Program-made: the position numbers and the translations under genes
Assembly: GCA_002269645.1 (NCBI GenBank)
Contig: NIVC01001414.1
Span: forward strand, 62,001 to 126,000
From: Macrostomum lignano
Lineage: Eukaryota
Reading direction: 5' to 3'
Length of the DNA stretch: 64,000 nucleotides
Notes under the pieces: generated by a model
Told to the model about the DNA's origin: nothing
The model's database searches: none
What the model saw: the letters and a program-made list of their open reading frames with translations, nothing else
Part shown: positions 25,161 through 38,000 of the stretch, one piece after another
Layout of the letters: the number at the start of each line of letters is the position of its first letter
Position numbering within the stretch: position 1 is the stretch's first letter

Positions 25161-26054
25161 ATGCTCCAGAAGCGCTTTTTCTTGCTCATCGCCTACTTTG
25201 CTCTCCTGCTGACCTGCGCGGTCCGTGGCAGAGTGTTTCGAGTTTCCTACATTGGCTGCTTTGTTGACGAGTCTGACAGAGACCTGAATGGGCTGACGGG
25301 AATCGACAGAATCGGTGCTTTTGTTGTTGACAATAAGCGCACAGAAAAGTCGGACATGACTGTCGAGTTCTGCGGTGGCTTCTGCTCTCTTGGGGGCTTC
25401 CCGTACTTTGGAGTGCAGGACAAGAAAGAGTGCTTCTGCGGAAGGTCCTACGGCCGTTTCGGAATATCCGATGAAGCCGATTGCAAATTGCCTTGCTCGG
25501 GAAACTCGAGTCAGGTGTGCGGAGGAGTTTGGCGCAACTCGGTGTTCGCTCTGACCTACCCCAGTGAGTGTTTAATGGATGTGTTCTTGAGTTCATAAAG
25601 GTTGACTGTAAGCAAACATGTAATGTTCCTTTTCAATTGATCTAACATTAGATTTGACAAAATAAACTGTCTCAAACATTAAAATCGCCTCTGCTTTCAG
25701 AAAATCAGTCATAAAATATACTGTCAATGCAACTGCAAACCCATGCATCGTAAATGTTTTGCATCGACGTAAGTTTCATGTACGAGCTATGCTGGTGTCA
25801 CCATTTATTTTATTCCAGAGTTGAGATGCTTCAAGCAGTCGCCGATGCCCAGCCTCACGGTCTCGTCGACCCTGCCGACCTCCTGGAGCCTCGCCGCCCA
25901 AACAGCTCTGGACTGCCTGATCCCGTGCGAGGCCTCAGCTGACTGCCAGGCTGTGATTTTCTCTGACCAGCAGCGCCTGTGCCACCTGCTGAGGTTCGCC
26001 TACCCGCCTGCCAGTCTGAGCAGCACCGATGGAGACTTCTTCCTGCGTGGATGA
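25161..26054 (+). CDS. Secreted WSC + PAN/apple protein 4 (exons 25161-25563, 25819-26054)
   Basis: Signal peptide MLQKRFFLLIAYFALLLTCAVRG; WSC pattern; phase-1 intron A|gtgagt...ttccag|AG; PAN core DCLIPCEASADCQAVIF......CHLL. Confidence 0.92.
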
Positions 26055-27237
26055 AGCGCTTACTGAATAACCGATTGGCATCACTTATCAAAACCGGATT
26101 TTCTTAGACAAGCTTTAAACATATTTTAAACTATACGAGCTTAAAAATCTGTGGCTTTACTTATTGTGGCTCACTGTGCTGCAATCAAGTAGATTAAATA
26201 GATTAAAAAGAAAAATTAAAGAGAAATTGAAAATAAATTTGGTGATGATTAGAAATGTTAGAACTTCACAGCTGTATCTTAAGCCTAATTGACGTGTATA
26301 GTATGCTTCATTTCGCGTTTTTCAGCCTAAAATACTGAGTGACAGTTCGTCAGACGTCATAAGTTCCTTTCGATGGAAAGGGCATTCGCAGAGTGTGATT
26401 GTGTGCGACTGGCTCAACCAATACATCAGGAGATTAAGTGCTGGAAAGGGCGCTATTTACACGCAAATCTCTACAGTAGGTTAAGAAGCCGTCTCCCTCA
26501 TCAGCGCGAGCAGGTGCTTTGTGCAGCTTGCCTGTCTGAATTAAACTTAAGCTTTGTTAGTAATTAAACTTAGTATATGCTTATCAAGGCTGCCAATTCG
26601 AGTTCATCTTGAGTTTTTCTCTATTAAATCAAGATTTCAGTGCGCAGCATCTGGATGCCCTAACTATGCCCACAAGTGCCCTCTTGACGACACCCGATTT
26701 TATCTATTTCCGTTTAACCGTGAGAATCGAGTAGTCAATTAACATTGAGAACAAGAAGCGCGCCTATATTAGGGCTGGCTGCTTTTCAAGCTCTTCAAAT
26801 CCGCGCGTAAAAGTGCGAGGAGTGTCAGCCGGCATCGAAAGGCGATGGTTTGGAAGAGACGCCCTTCTTGAACCTGAAGAATCGGCAAGGTGGAACAGGA
26901 AGCCTGATCGATAATCCCCAATAAGGTAGGTAGGCATATCTGCAGTCTGACAGATGGAGCGCACTTTCATGACAGCAAAGCTGTTCGATCTGAAGTGGGA
27001 TGAGTCAACAACTGCAAGAGAAGTTCTTTTCCGTTGTTCTTGCTAGCATTCACACGCTAATCACAGTGAGCGCTGCCCAAGGGCGATGGTCAAGTTGTTT
27101 GTCCGACTTCTGCATCACTGGAGCAACTGGCAGCGGGCAGCAGCTCAGCAGAGAAAGCAAGGGCACACGACAAAAAGAAAGACAACTGGGAACAGAAGAA
27201 GCTGATGCAAACATACGCTGCTTACTGGATGTTTTAA

Positions 27238-27637
<400 letters not shown>

Positions 27638-29197
27638 TTGGACCCATACCTTTATGTTGTGAAAGCTTAATTTAACGCATTCTCATGCCTATCTGCTCCT
27701 CATCAGACACCTGGGCGAGCTGCTTTATCCCAACCCTCACCGTGTTTTTACTCATAGAGTTGTGCTCGTCAACTGAGTTAACTGCATACTATGGATTCTG
27801 TGTCACAACAGTCACAGTTTGCTCCGCTTTGATCTCCGGTTTCGTAACTTCCGGAAGATAGCTTGTTCAGAGTCAGGTAACATGCCAACTTTTTTCCGAT
27901 TTGTCAGCGCACCGTGGATTCGTGTATTCGAGTGAATGACAGCTTTTCAGATCTGGCGCAAACAATCAACTAGAAGCAATCGCAGGTAGAACTTTGCTAG
28001 AAAATGTTTCGAATTATACAGTGCAAAGAAAATGTAGCAGCTTATTAGCATATGCTACTCTATATGTAAATCAATGTTCTATTAAGTTACAGCTTTGACT
28101 GTTTTACTTGTATCATTGACATGCACTGATGATATCTTCGAGCTAATTTAATTATCACCGCCAAATCGCTACTTTTTTTGGTGAGAATTCTCTCAGTGTG
28201 CATTGCATGACATCATCGGTATTTTTTCTGAAAAGACACATTCATATCAATAGGCACGCGGAATAGAAGCGGTATTTCGTACAATAACCAGGATTCAAGA
28301 ATAGAATGTTCTGTATTGTTACAGTTAGCTAGATGCATCTGAAACTTTAAAACGGAAAATTCATTGCGCAGGTAGAAAATGCGCGGGCTTTTATCAAAGA
28401 GAAAATTTCAAGCGAATTAATTACTTACTCTGACTTTAGGATAAAAAACCTGCTTTAATGTCGATCTATAAGATGTGAGATGTCGTCACTTTCAGGCGTC
28501 TCAAGGCTGATCTGGGACTTTACCGTGAAGAATTAGGGCCGAATGAGCCCTCTAAATTTATGTAATCGTCCCGACTGGCACGCCATGGTCGGTTGAATTA
28601 AGTGAGAAAAATCAAGTTTAGTCAGTTTAATTCTCGCAGGACTCTAGCATATGGAACCCATCGATAGAAATAGACCGATTTCCAATCTGAAAAATATATC
28701 AAGGTTAATAATTAAACTTATAGAGGAAGACAGCATCAGGTCAAATATCCTGGATACAGGTACTTCATTGGTGTAGCAGCAGTCAGATGTGCCGGTCGCC
28801 CCTCCCTTGTGGCTGGCGATGATGGCGCGACTTTTCCTTTACCCTAAAAAGGTCCTCAAAGTCCTCACCGGACTAAGTTTTCTCAATATGGCATTCTCTA
28901 GTGTAATATGGTACGCCACTTAATGATTAAAAATGCCCCAATGTATATTTCAAAATAAGCTCCCCTGAGCAAAGTGCCCTTTCGTATTTTGAACCACCCG
29001 CTATCGAAATGCAATGATAGGCCATCATCAGACGACTTTCTTCTTAGAAAATATCCTAGGAAATGGAATAGCCTTCGAACACCGGCGGTCGCAATTTAGA
29101 GTTGGACACGCAGTCGGCACTACTCAAAGCAGCAGTAGATGAAGGAAGTCAATAAAAAGTTTGATTCGCGCCCAAAAAAAGCCCTATACGGCTGGAG

Positions 29198-29205
29198 TAT
29201 ATAAA
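29198..29205 (+). promoter_or_regulatory. Candidate TATA box of WSC copy 5
   Basis: TATATAAA 53 bp upstream of the ATG at 29251. Confidence 0.45.
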
Positions 29206-29250
29206 GGCAGTGACGAAAGATTTCTAAGCTTCAAACTAAGAGACGAAGAG

Positions 29251-29655
29251 ATGAAGATGTCTCCTCTTAGCAGTCGCCCAGCAATATTGGCAGCTGCCTG
29301 CTGCTCTCTCCTGCTAGTCATTGGCGTCACCTCTGGTCGAGTCATTCAAGTCTTCTACATTGGCTGCTTCAAAGACGACCGCCCAGGGACATGGGAGGCT
29401 TATCGGGAATCAACAGCGTCGGCGAAATCTCCATTTCGGATCCAAGAGTGTTAAGCCGCAGCACGAGTCGGGAGTTCTGCAGCAGCTTCTGCGCAATTGG
29501 CGGCTTCCCGTACTTCGGGTTGCAGAACGCAAAGGCCTGTTTCTGCAGCTGGGACTTCGGCTCGCTGGGATCTGCCAAAGAAAGCGACTGCAACATGACT
29601 TGCAACGGAAACTCAAGCCAGATGTGTGGAGGCCCTTGGCGAAATTCGTACCCGT
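29251..29655 (+). pseudogene. WSC paralogue 5, disrupted exon 1; no PAN exon found
   Basis: Signal peptide and YIGCFKDD in one frame, then a 1-nt loss at CGCCCAGG (29380-29387) moves RDM...CGG..RNS into another frame. The conserved VFALT is absent (NSYP) before the phase-1 donor T|gtaagt. Confidence 0.75.
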
Positions 29656-31799
29656 GTAAGTTTGCCTGCACTCGGATTGCACTTAGTCAGAAATAGAATT
29701 GATGTCCCATTCCTTGTAACAACTCAAGCAGTCAAGTGATGAATTAGAAACATGAGTTCATTAGAAAATACATCAATGATCAGTTACTGTTTAGGCCTTA
29801 CTTGAATATTAAATGTGTAGTAAGACACTAGATTAACTGTTAGGTGTCTCCCTCTAGTCAGCAGCTTCCGTTGCCGCTGGGCACGGCTCCACTTTTCTGT
29901 CTGCCTCCTCCCTGCTTGCCCCATCCGCTCTTTGTTCTGTTTTGCAGCCACTGAGCAGCTTGGCCGGTGTTCGTTTTCTTTTGCTGTTGCTTTCTTTCTT
30001 TTTCTGTTCTCTTCGTTCTGCGTGCAGCGGCCTCACTGGGTGGCTTCACTAGCAGCTCGCCTTTTCCCTTCTGTTTTCTCGGAGTCCAAAGTGCAGTAAA
30101 AACCGCTACTGCACAGATTGGTCCATGCTTACGAATGAACTCACTTGCCCGGCACCTTTGCCGTCTTTTAGGCAAACATTGACGTCATTGCTAAAAATAG
30201 ATACCGCATCACGCGATATCTTGTGTGCTCTGGCGCAATGTGGTTATTTAAGTAAGGCTTTAAGTGCGGACCCCTCAGCCGTGTTTCCGTCACATCTTCA
30301 AATTGTTCAAGTCTCCAAACTCTCTGAGTTTCGTAATTTGCCTCAATTTCTGACAATAGCATTGTTCTGAATCAGTTATCATCCTAAACCCAGAAGACCA
30401 TTGAGTCGCTCTGAGACTAACACCACAATCCTTAGTCGTCCCACTGAGCCCGGTGGTGATTAGTTGTTGGAGTCGTAAATTTGCACGAAGTGCTGTGTCC
30501 GCCCACCTTGCTTATTTCGTTTCAACGGGATCCTCGCTTCACCGAAGACTGAGACCTGAAGGGACAGGTGGCAGCAACTGCCGCCGCTATCGCTATTATT
30601 GAGGGCTCCTTACTTTTGTTTGATATGCCTCCTTGCTTACACAGTTGAAAAGAGGATCCAGAACTGGTTCGTGGTCAGGTCCATCTACGGTGGCAGCGAG
30701 CTCATCAAGCGGGTTGCAGGGCAGGGTGCATGCGGGCTGCGGTAGTTCGTGGTCCGGTCCGGTTCAGTAAGAAGGGCACTCAAATCGATTTTGGGAGTTG
30801 CAGATGCAGATGCAGCAGTCATTGTAATTATACTTTTACCCAGACGCAATGAAAAAATATTTTGGCCATTATTCCACAGTTTTGATGTGTACCATAGACA
30901 TTTGGATTGAAAAAATCCATCGCTCAGTATTTTTGTTAATAAATACAGAAAAATAAGAAGAAAATGAACAAAAAGGAAAAATCATTAAAACTAAAGTACC
31001 AGCTACACCAAAAGAGTTAATAATAAATGTCACAGCTAGTGCAGTTTATCAGTTTGTAGTCGAAATTTTACAATGTAAAAATCAATTTGTCACCCAAAGT
31101 GAAACATGCACAGTTCTCAAAGCCGCAGTTTCCAACGATGCTCGACACTTTAGCCTGATGATTTGGCACTGCAAAAGGAGTTGGTCTATGTTGAATGTTT
31201 TCTATGAAAGAGAAATACAGGTGCTCAAGTATAGTTGCCGAACTTACCATTTGAAAGATGCACGTCTTGGTTAAATTGGCATGCGACTGATAAGCTTCAT
31301 CTGATGAGCTTCTTTGGTACCGCAGTATCCAAGCTGGGATTCTTTGGGACTGTCGGCTGCTCGACTGAATCGATTGGCCGCTTTCAGGCATCGTTTATAG
31401 CCGTCGAGGCGTTGAAGACTGCATGGTCGAGTTTTCTTCCTAGGTAGCGCCGCACGGTTCGTTCAGTCGTCGACAGGAAGATTTTTTCAATTAATAAGCG
31501 CGGCTGTTTGACGAGATGCACCAGCCATGGTTGTTTGACAAGACAAATAGCTTTTTCTCCCACTACTCGCTTTCCTGATTTCTTGCAAGACGCAAGAAAA
31601 ATCAGCACTCATCACAGTGTTGTCTATGGTGAAACTAAGCCACACAACTCAGTTGTCTTTGGGTAAAACAACTCTTAAAACAGCCAATTGAAGCATGATA
31701 AAAAGTGTGGAATAATGACAGCGACAAAAGTGTGGAATAATGGCCGCAAAAGTGTGGAATAATGACTGAGCGCTGAGTGAAAGTATAAATACAATGCAC

Positions 31800-31899
31800 T
31801 TGTATAGTATGCAACTTCGTTGAATAATGGCCATAGACACTCGTGCGCTACGCGCACTCGAGTTTTGGCCATTATTCAACTCAGTTGCATACTATACAA
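31800..31899. mobile_element. 100-bp hairpin element
   Basis: TTGTATAGTATGCAACT..GTTGAATAATGGCCA / GGCCATTATTCAAC..AGTTGCATACTATACAA around a central GTGCGCTACGCGCAC; three AAAAGTGTGGAATAATG units lie just to its left. Confidence 0.7.
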
Positions 31900-31914
31900 T
31901 CTACCATTGTCCTC

Positions 31915-32268
31915 CTCTTTTTCTGCGCAGGTTGCAGATGGCTTGGAAAGGCAGGAAAAATCGATGGAATCGCTCCTGGATACAGCCGTCTTTTGCACAT
32001 TTGCTGAGAGGCATTAAATTGCTCAACGAAGCACGAATCACGATGGAGAGAAGTGCTCGGAGCAAATTCTTGATGATGATGACGGCTGAAAGCCTTCTCG
32101 ATGAATTGCCGCGATCCATTTTTGCCTCAGCTCATCGTCCTTCGGAAAGGAGCGAAAGGATACTCCAGTCGTCACTGAGGACTTGCTTGAGCAGCCAAAA
32201 GCACAGCAATAGCTGCCACACTTTCTGGCGCTCTTCTCTTTTTTCGATACGCTAGAAGCTGGCTGCAT
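31915..32268 (-). pseudogene. THAP zinc-finger domain, frameshifted (transposase-derived or host THAP gene)
   Basis: CCAFGC...FRSFPKD..LRQKW..AI.R..F.P....RICSEHF; after a 7-nt frame change it continues CFVEQ...RRLYPGAIPSIFP, the THAP AVPTIF box. Confidence 0.8.
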
Positions 32269-32853
32269 TGATAAGAATGCTTATTAATTGAGTTTTTACG
32301 GGATATTTCTGCAAGGAATTGTTTATTTTGCCTCCCTGAGTTTTAAAACTCTTTATAATGAGTAAATTTCAAGCACTGGCCCGCTTGAAAAATGAGACAG
32401 TCCCATTTTTTGTACCAGATATCGATCGAAGTGGGGCTTTGGGGAAAGGACCATTTTTTGCGTTGCTTTTTTGTCCCACAACACGCCTAGGCAGGCCCCC
32501 GAGATTCGCAGTCTATATTCTATATGGTCTGTGGGGGACACATGGTCAGACTGGAGCTCCTTAGCTGCCAGCAAGGGGCGCATTGGACTCAAGCAGAATA
32601 GAAGTTTGGGATGCTGACTTTCAGTTAAATATAATTATAAAAGAGAATTACAAACAAAAGGGGTTTGCACTACTAAGAGTTGGCAGCAAAGTAAAAGACC
32701 TACAGGAGCTGAAACTCAGGAAAGAAGACATCCAGCAAGTTAACGCGAGAAAAACGACATTGGAAATGTAAAATCGTTGCGACACGCTCAGCATTTTGTC
32801 AATGCAGCTTGAAGAACTCAGGTGAGCATGAGAATCTCCAGCTGCTTGAAGCT

Positions 32854-33258
32854 TTATAAATAAACATCAGAGACGTTTTTGGGTCTGTTGCAAATCCAAA
32901 AAATGCCCTTGGCTCGGTCTGGAACTGGCAAGTTCAGCGCCGTCGGGTAGTTGAAGTACTTGCCGGACGGACCGGAGAAGAGGCAGCAAGCGTACCAGTG
33001 AGGCTGCTCATATTTAGCTGCATAGTTGATTAAGCAGCTGCTCCATCCGCGGTCTCGAGTGATGAATTGAATGTTCGATGCTCTAAACAGACAGTCCCCA
33101 AGGCCTCCAGCAGGAGCGTAGGTGTAAGCAGAAAACGTGTACGAGCTAGTTGTGCTCTCAGCCTGAATGAGCACGTTCAGGTAGTAGGCTTAGATTTAGG
33201 CGTCGTTCCAGTACAGCAGGTCGACGCTTTTTTCGACGCAGGTCGTCGATTTTTCTTC
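32854..33258 (-). pseudogene. Possible C-type-lectin-like coding remnant
   Basis: The frame reads TTCVEKSVDLLYWNDA*I*AYYL...WYACCLFSGPSGKY...IFWICNRP, with two TAA stops at 33198-33196 and 33192-33190. The W.DA start and ICxRP end resemble CTL domain ends; codons look gene-like. Confidence 0.3.
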
Positions 33259-34034
33259 TTATCGCTGCTTCTTTTTTCGAGCCTCTCTCTAGTAACACTG
33301 GACCGGCACTGCGAATTCCTAATCAGCAGTTGTGGTTTGTTGGAATTTTTCCACGCGAGTAAATGCTAGACACTGCTCCTTGACTTTATTTTTTTACTTT
33401 TCAATAAACTTCGTTCTGAATAAACTTCGTTGCGCAATAAACTTCGTTGTTTCGTTGCTTCGTGAGAATAATTGCATGCCCGAAAGCCGTTCCTACATGT
33501 ACGAGCGTATATCGCCGAACGCCCAGTACCTGTTCGCAGCAAGCCATTATTAAACAGACGTGATGTTGTCAATAGCCATGCGAGCAGTTCTACAAGCGCG
33601 AAAATAACTTTCTCTGGTTTATATAGTAATCGTCATCGCCCTCTCCTACTTTCACGAGTAGCTCGTTTTTTTAAATTTCTCTGCCCCACATGAGGCACTA
33701 ATGAATAATATACAAATATGAGTTATGGATAATCCATAGGTTTTAGGTTAGGTTAGAAATGTAAATCGACCATGAAGATTCTGCAATTGCCAGGCAGCGA
33801 TCAGGCAGTGTACGGAGAAGAACAGGCGTCAGAAATAACCTCAGTCGTATATCTTTGCATTTCAATTTAGTGAAAAATGTCTAAAACTGTGCAGGGGTTG
33901 GCTAAGTAGCAGAGAATCATTATGATGAGAGCAGGGATGTCAATATCATGTACAAAAAATTAGATATTTCATAGAAAATTTCGAGTAGGACACCTGAAAA
34001 GTTCAACATGTAAACAAGTTCAACAAAAACTTAA

Positions 34035-34247
34035 TTATTGATTTTCCACGATGCCTTCAGGCTGACTGTATTGGCACAGAAAGAAGCATGTACGACACGA
34101 ATCCAAGCAATCAGGGTAGTAGCGGTCATCGAAGCCGGGAACTCGGGTTGCTCCCTCATCTCTTGCCTGCTGCATCAAATGACCCGCTAGCAACAGCATG
34201 GCAACCAGCAACAATCCCAGAGCCAGAGAAGCGCTGCCCCATCCCAT
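34035..34247 (-). CDS. Putative 70-aa secreted cysteine peptide precursor (possible upstream ATG at 34328)
   Basis: MGWGSASLALGLLLVAMLLLAG hydrophobic leader, then ...DDRYYPDCLDSCRTCFFLCQYSQPEGIVENQ*; non-repetitive sequence. Confidence 0.45.
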   Translation of the reverse strand: MGWGSASLALGLLLVAMLLLAGHLMQQARDEGATRVPGFDDRYYPDCLDSCRTCFFLCQYSQPEGIVENQ

Positions 34248-35054
34248 TAATAATGCACCTGCCTGGCTTTCTGCGCACTCAGCGAGAATTCTGCACTCAA
34301 TGAATGATGAAGCGGCTCCGGAATCCATAAAAATTTGCAAACCCCTGCCCGCACTGAACGGCAGCAGAAGTGGATTGAAAAACTGATACGAGCTTTATGA
34401 TGATGAGCTCTGGTTGACTTTGACTGCTGACGTTTGCCTGTGCGGCTTGTGTGTTATACTTGGAGGGTTGCTCACTGTTGCAAGATTCAATGTAGGGAGT
34501 GTTCGCTTTGGTGTGCTTGTGAACGCAAACATTGATGCCTCTTCGTTTTGACAATTCGAAAAAATTGTACATATCTATATTTGGTAAGAGCTGGATGTAC
34601 CAATATGTGTTACTGATGTACACTATTGACACGCTTGTATGTGCTCAAGAATCAGTAGACTGGTAAGAATTTTCTCTCAACGCTGGTTCTGAGATAATGT
34701 CATCGAAGGCATTTCACTAGGGAGTGGCCACAGCGCTCCAGCAGAGTTCATATTTTCTGATGCAGCAGGAATTAATAGACCCACTGTAAGCTGACGGCAT
34801 TATGAATTGTCTATGGCTCTCACAGCCGGCTGGCTGGCGAGAAATATTTTTACAGGGAGCATCGGCTACTCAAGATCAGCGACTAGCGACCCAGCTTTTA
34901 GTAGTTCTAAAAAGAGGCAAGAAGCAGAAAAATACGACTACAACGAGGAGAAAAAAAGAGGAAGACAACGCTAGGAGAAAGAAAGATTCAAAACTGTTGC
35001 CGTCAGTTTATTTAGTTTAATAATTCTTATTCGGCATCGAAAGCGGGCAACAAA

Positions 35055-38000
35055 ATGATCAGAAATTTACCGCCGTTGTTCTGGAAGATCACTCCACTGG
35101 TCATAGCCGGCATGTTTATTGTGTCGGGCCTCGGACTCATCATCTTCGGCTCCGTCACCTACAACAAAACCGTTAATGAAGAGGACGATGTACTGGGATT
35201 TATTGAGGCCGGCTTTAAAACTGGCAGCACCCTCACAATCTCTGTCGGTGTCATTGACTTCTTCATCGGCTTGTTCGGGCTCGGCGTGGCCCTGCTGAAC
35301 GCGCGATGGCTGCACAAAGTGGTGAGTTCTCGTCTCTTCATTCATAAATCATCTATTGAGCACCACCTGCTCTGCAATGAGATGGCCTTACAATCTACCC
35401 TATGGCTACTAAAATCTACCATAGTACTGATTTAATCTAATCCATTGATAGTAGAGTCTACCCTGATTACTGGTAACTACATTGTATACAATCTAGCCAT
35501 CCTCTCCTCTCCTCTCTTCTCCTCTCCTCTCCTCTCCTCTCCCCTCCTCTCCTCTCCCCTCCTCTCCTCTCTTCCTCTCCTTTCTCTCTTTTCCTCTCTT
35601 CTCCTCTCCTCTCCTCTCCTCTCCTCTCCTCTCCTCTCCTCTCCTCTCCTCTCCTCTCCTCTCCTCTTCTCTCTCTTCTCTTCTCTTCTCTTCTCTTCTC
35701 TCCTCTCCTTTCCTCTCCTCTTCTCTCCTATCCTCTCCTATCCTATCCTATCCTCTCCTCCCATCTCTTTTCTCTCCTCTCCTCTCCTCTCCCTTCCTCA
35801 TTCTCTTCTCCTCTTCCCTCTCCTATTTCATCTCTCATCTCCTCTCATCTTCTCTGTGTCTTCTCTATTCCCTCTCCACTCTCCATCTAATCTGACCCGC
35901 AGTCATGAGCTGGATTCTCTCCCTGGCCCTTAGGCTTAAGGTAAAAAATTGTGCGAACTTCTTTAAGTTTAGATAGGTAATAATACTTCCGATTTTTCTG
36001 ATTTTTGGAAGCTAAATAGGTGTCCTATATCATTAAAAGTTAAAAAATTGCCGAAAATTATGACCCGAACTCAATTTGTTAATCTTCTATGCTATCAATA
36101 AAACTTGGATGCAAGTATAGTTTCCGCTATCTATTTGAAAGTCGGACATCTATTGGAAACAGATCCAGTTAGATTACGCCTTTTTAAAATCATTTATTTG
36201 GATAATATCTGATAACTCCTGACAATTCCTAATAGTTGCCGTTTTGGTAAGATCATAACTTCTGTTTCTATAGTGACTTTTGAGGGTCTGATTTTAAATT
36301 TAAGCTTCATACAAGCGTAGTTATGTTGGCAGGAATGAGTATAACCTAAACTTGAATAGGTCTCAATGCCTCGATCCAAGTTTAGGTGCTACCAACTCGA
36401 ATCACGGGTAGCGATGGGATTTACCTCTTTAGCTAATCCATCCCCAGGTACTGGTAATTTAAAGTGTACTAGCTACTTATAATTAAGTTAAGGATACTTA
36501 TAATAGACCGGTTCAACTTGTACATGTAGCTGCAAATCTGCTACCCGATTTAAATAAAATTTCAGTATTCTGGCTTTCTGATATTCATGCTGTTGGGAAA
36601 CTTGATCACTTTCTACACTTTGACTACGAGCGCCAATGAAGAACTGCGGGAAATCACCAATTTACTGAAGGACGCGGTTCAGAATCTGTACGGCAACAAC
36701 ACTCGCAATGACGGACAGGAGTTCACGGACTTAGTTAACAAACTAATGAGCGAAGTGAGTTAAACCTTTCTATGGTTTTGTCTTTGTTACTTTTCATTCG
36801 ATGAATTTGACTGAGAAAATGTAAAAGCGTAGGTCTCTTGTGAGACATGCAAGACGTGCTTTTATACCTGGTTTTCATAGAGTGATGTTGACTAATTGGA
36901 GCGTGAGAGCATGGTGAAGTGATGTTGACTAATTGGAGCGTGAGAGCATGGTGAAGTGATGTTGACTAATTGGAGCGTGAGAGCATGGTGAAGTGATGTT
37001 GACTAATTGGAGCGTGAGAGCATGGTGAAGTGATGTTGACTAATTGGAGCGTGAGAGCATGGTGGAGTGATGTTGACTAATTGGAGCGTGAGAGCATGGT
37101 GGAGTGATGTTGACTAATTGGAGCGTGAGAGCATGGTGAAGTGATGTTGACTAATTGGAGGATGAGAGCATGGTGGAGTGATGTTGACTAATTGGAGGGA
37201 TGGGAGCATGGTGGAGTGATGTTGACTAATTGGAGGGATGGGAGCATGGTGGAGTGATGTTGACTAATTAGAGGGTGAGAGCATGGTGGAGTGATGTTGA
37301 CTAATTGGAGGGATGGGAGCATGGTGGAGTGATGTTGACTAATTGGAGGGATGGGAGCATGGTGGAGTGATGTTGACTAATTGGAGCGGTGAGAGCATGG
37401 TGGAGTGATGTTGACGAATTGGAGGCTGAGAGCATGGTGGAGTGATGTTGACAATATCAGAGGATGAGAACATGCTGGAGTGATGTTGACAATATCGGAG
37501 GATAAGAGCATGGTGGAGTGATGTTGACAAAAAATATCGGAGGATGAAAGCATGATAGAGTGATATTAAAAAATATCGTACGATGAGAACGCGGTGAAGT
37601 GATGTGTGCTCTGGTAAAGCAAACGGGCATTCTGCCGCGAACGATGATAGTTACCCGGAATTTCCCTGAACTGCAAGCATGAGCCACCCAACTTTTTAGA
37701 CACCGTGCTGCGGCTTTAGCGGAAACGAAAAGGAAAATATTTTCCTCAAGACATCCTGGCACGAGAATATCAAAACAAAATTTTCGACTATCAACCTACC
37801 GGACCAGTGCTGCACAACTCACAGTGACAAGTGTCGCGAAGCCACGGACATCGCGGATGCCAGGAATGCCGGCCACGTGCATCCAACCGTGAGTTCATGC
37901 ATCTTTTTGCATACATATAGTCGCTTTATAGCTTCTAGCTTGTACTTCTCTTACCACAAATTCTTCTTCATTAACATTGCAGGATTGCATAAATGAGCTG

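Noticed and set aside
28815-28823. GDD tripeptide (SLVAGDDGA) suggesting a viral RdRp remnant
   Set aside because: It lies in a short frame bounded by stops, with no recognisable motif A or B.
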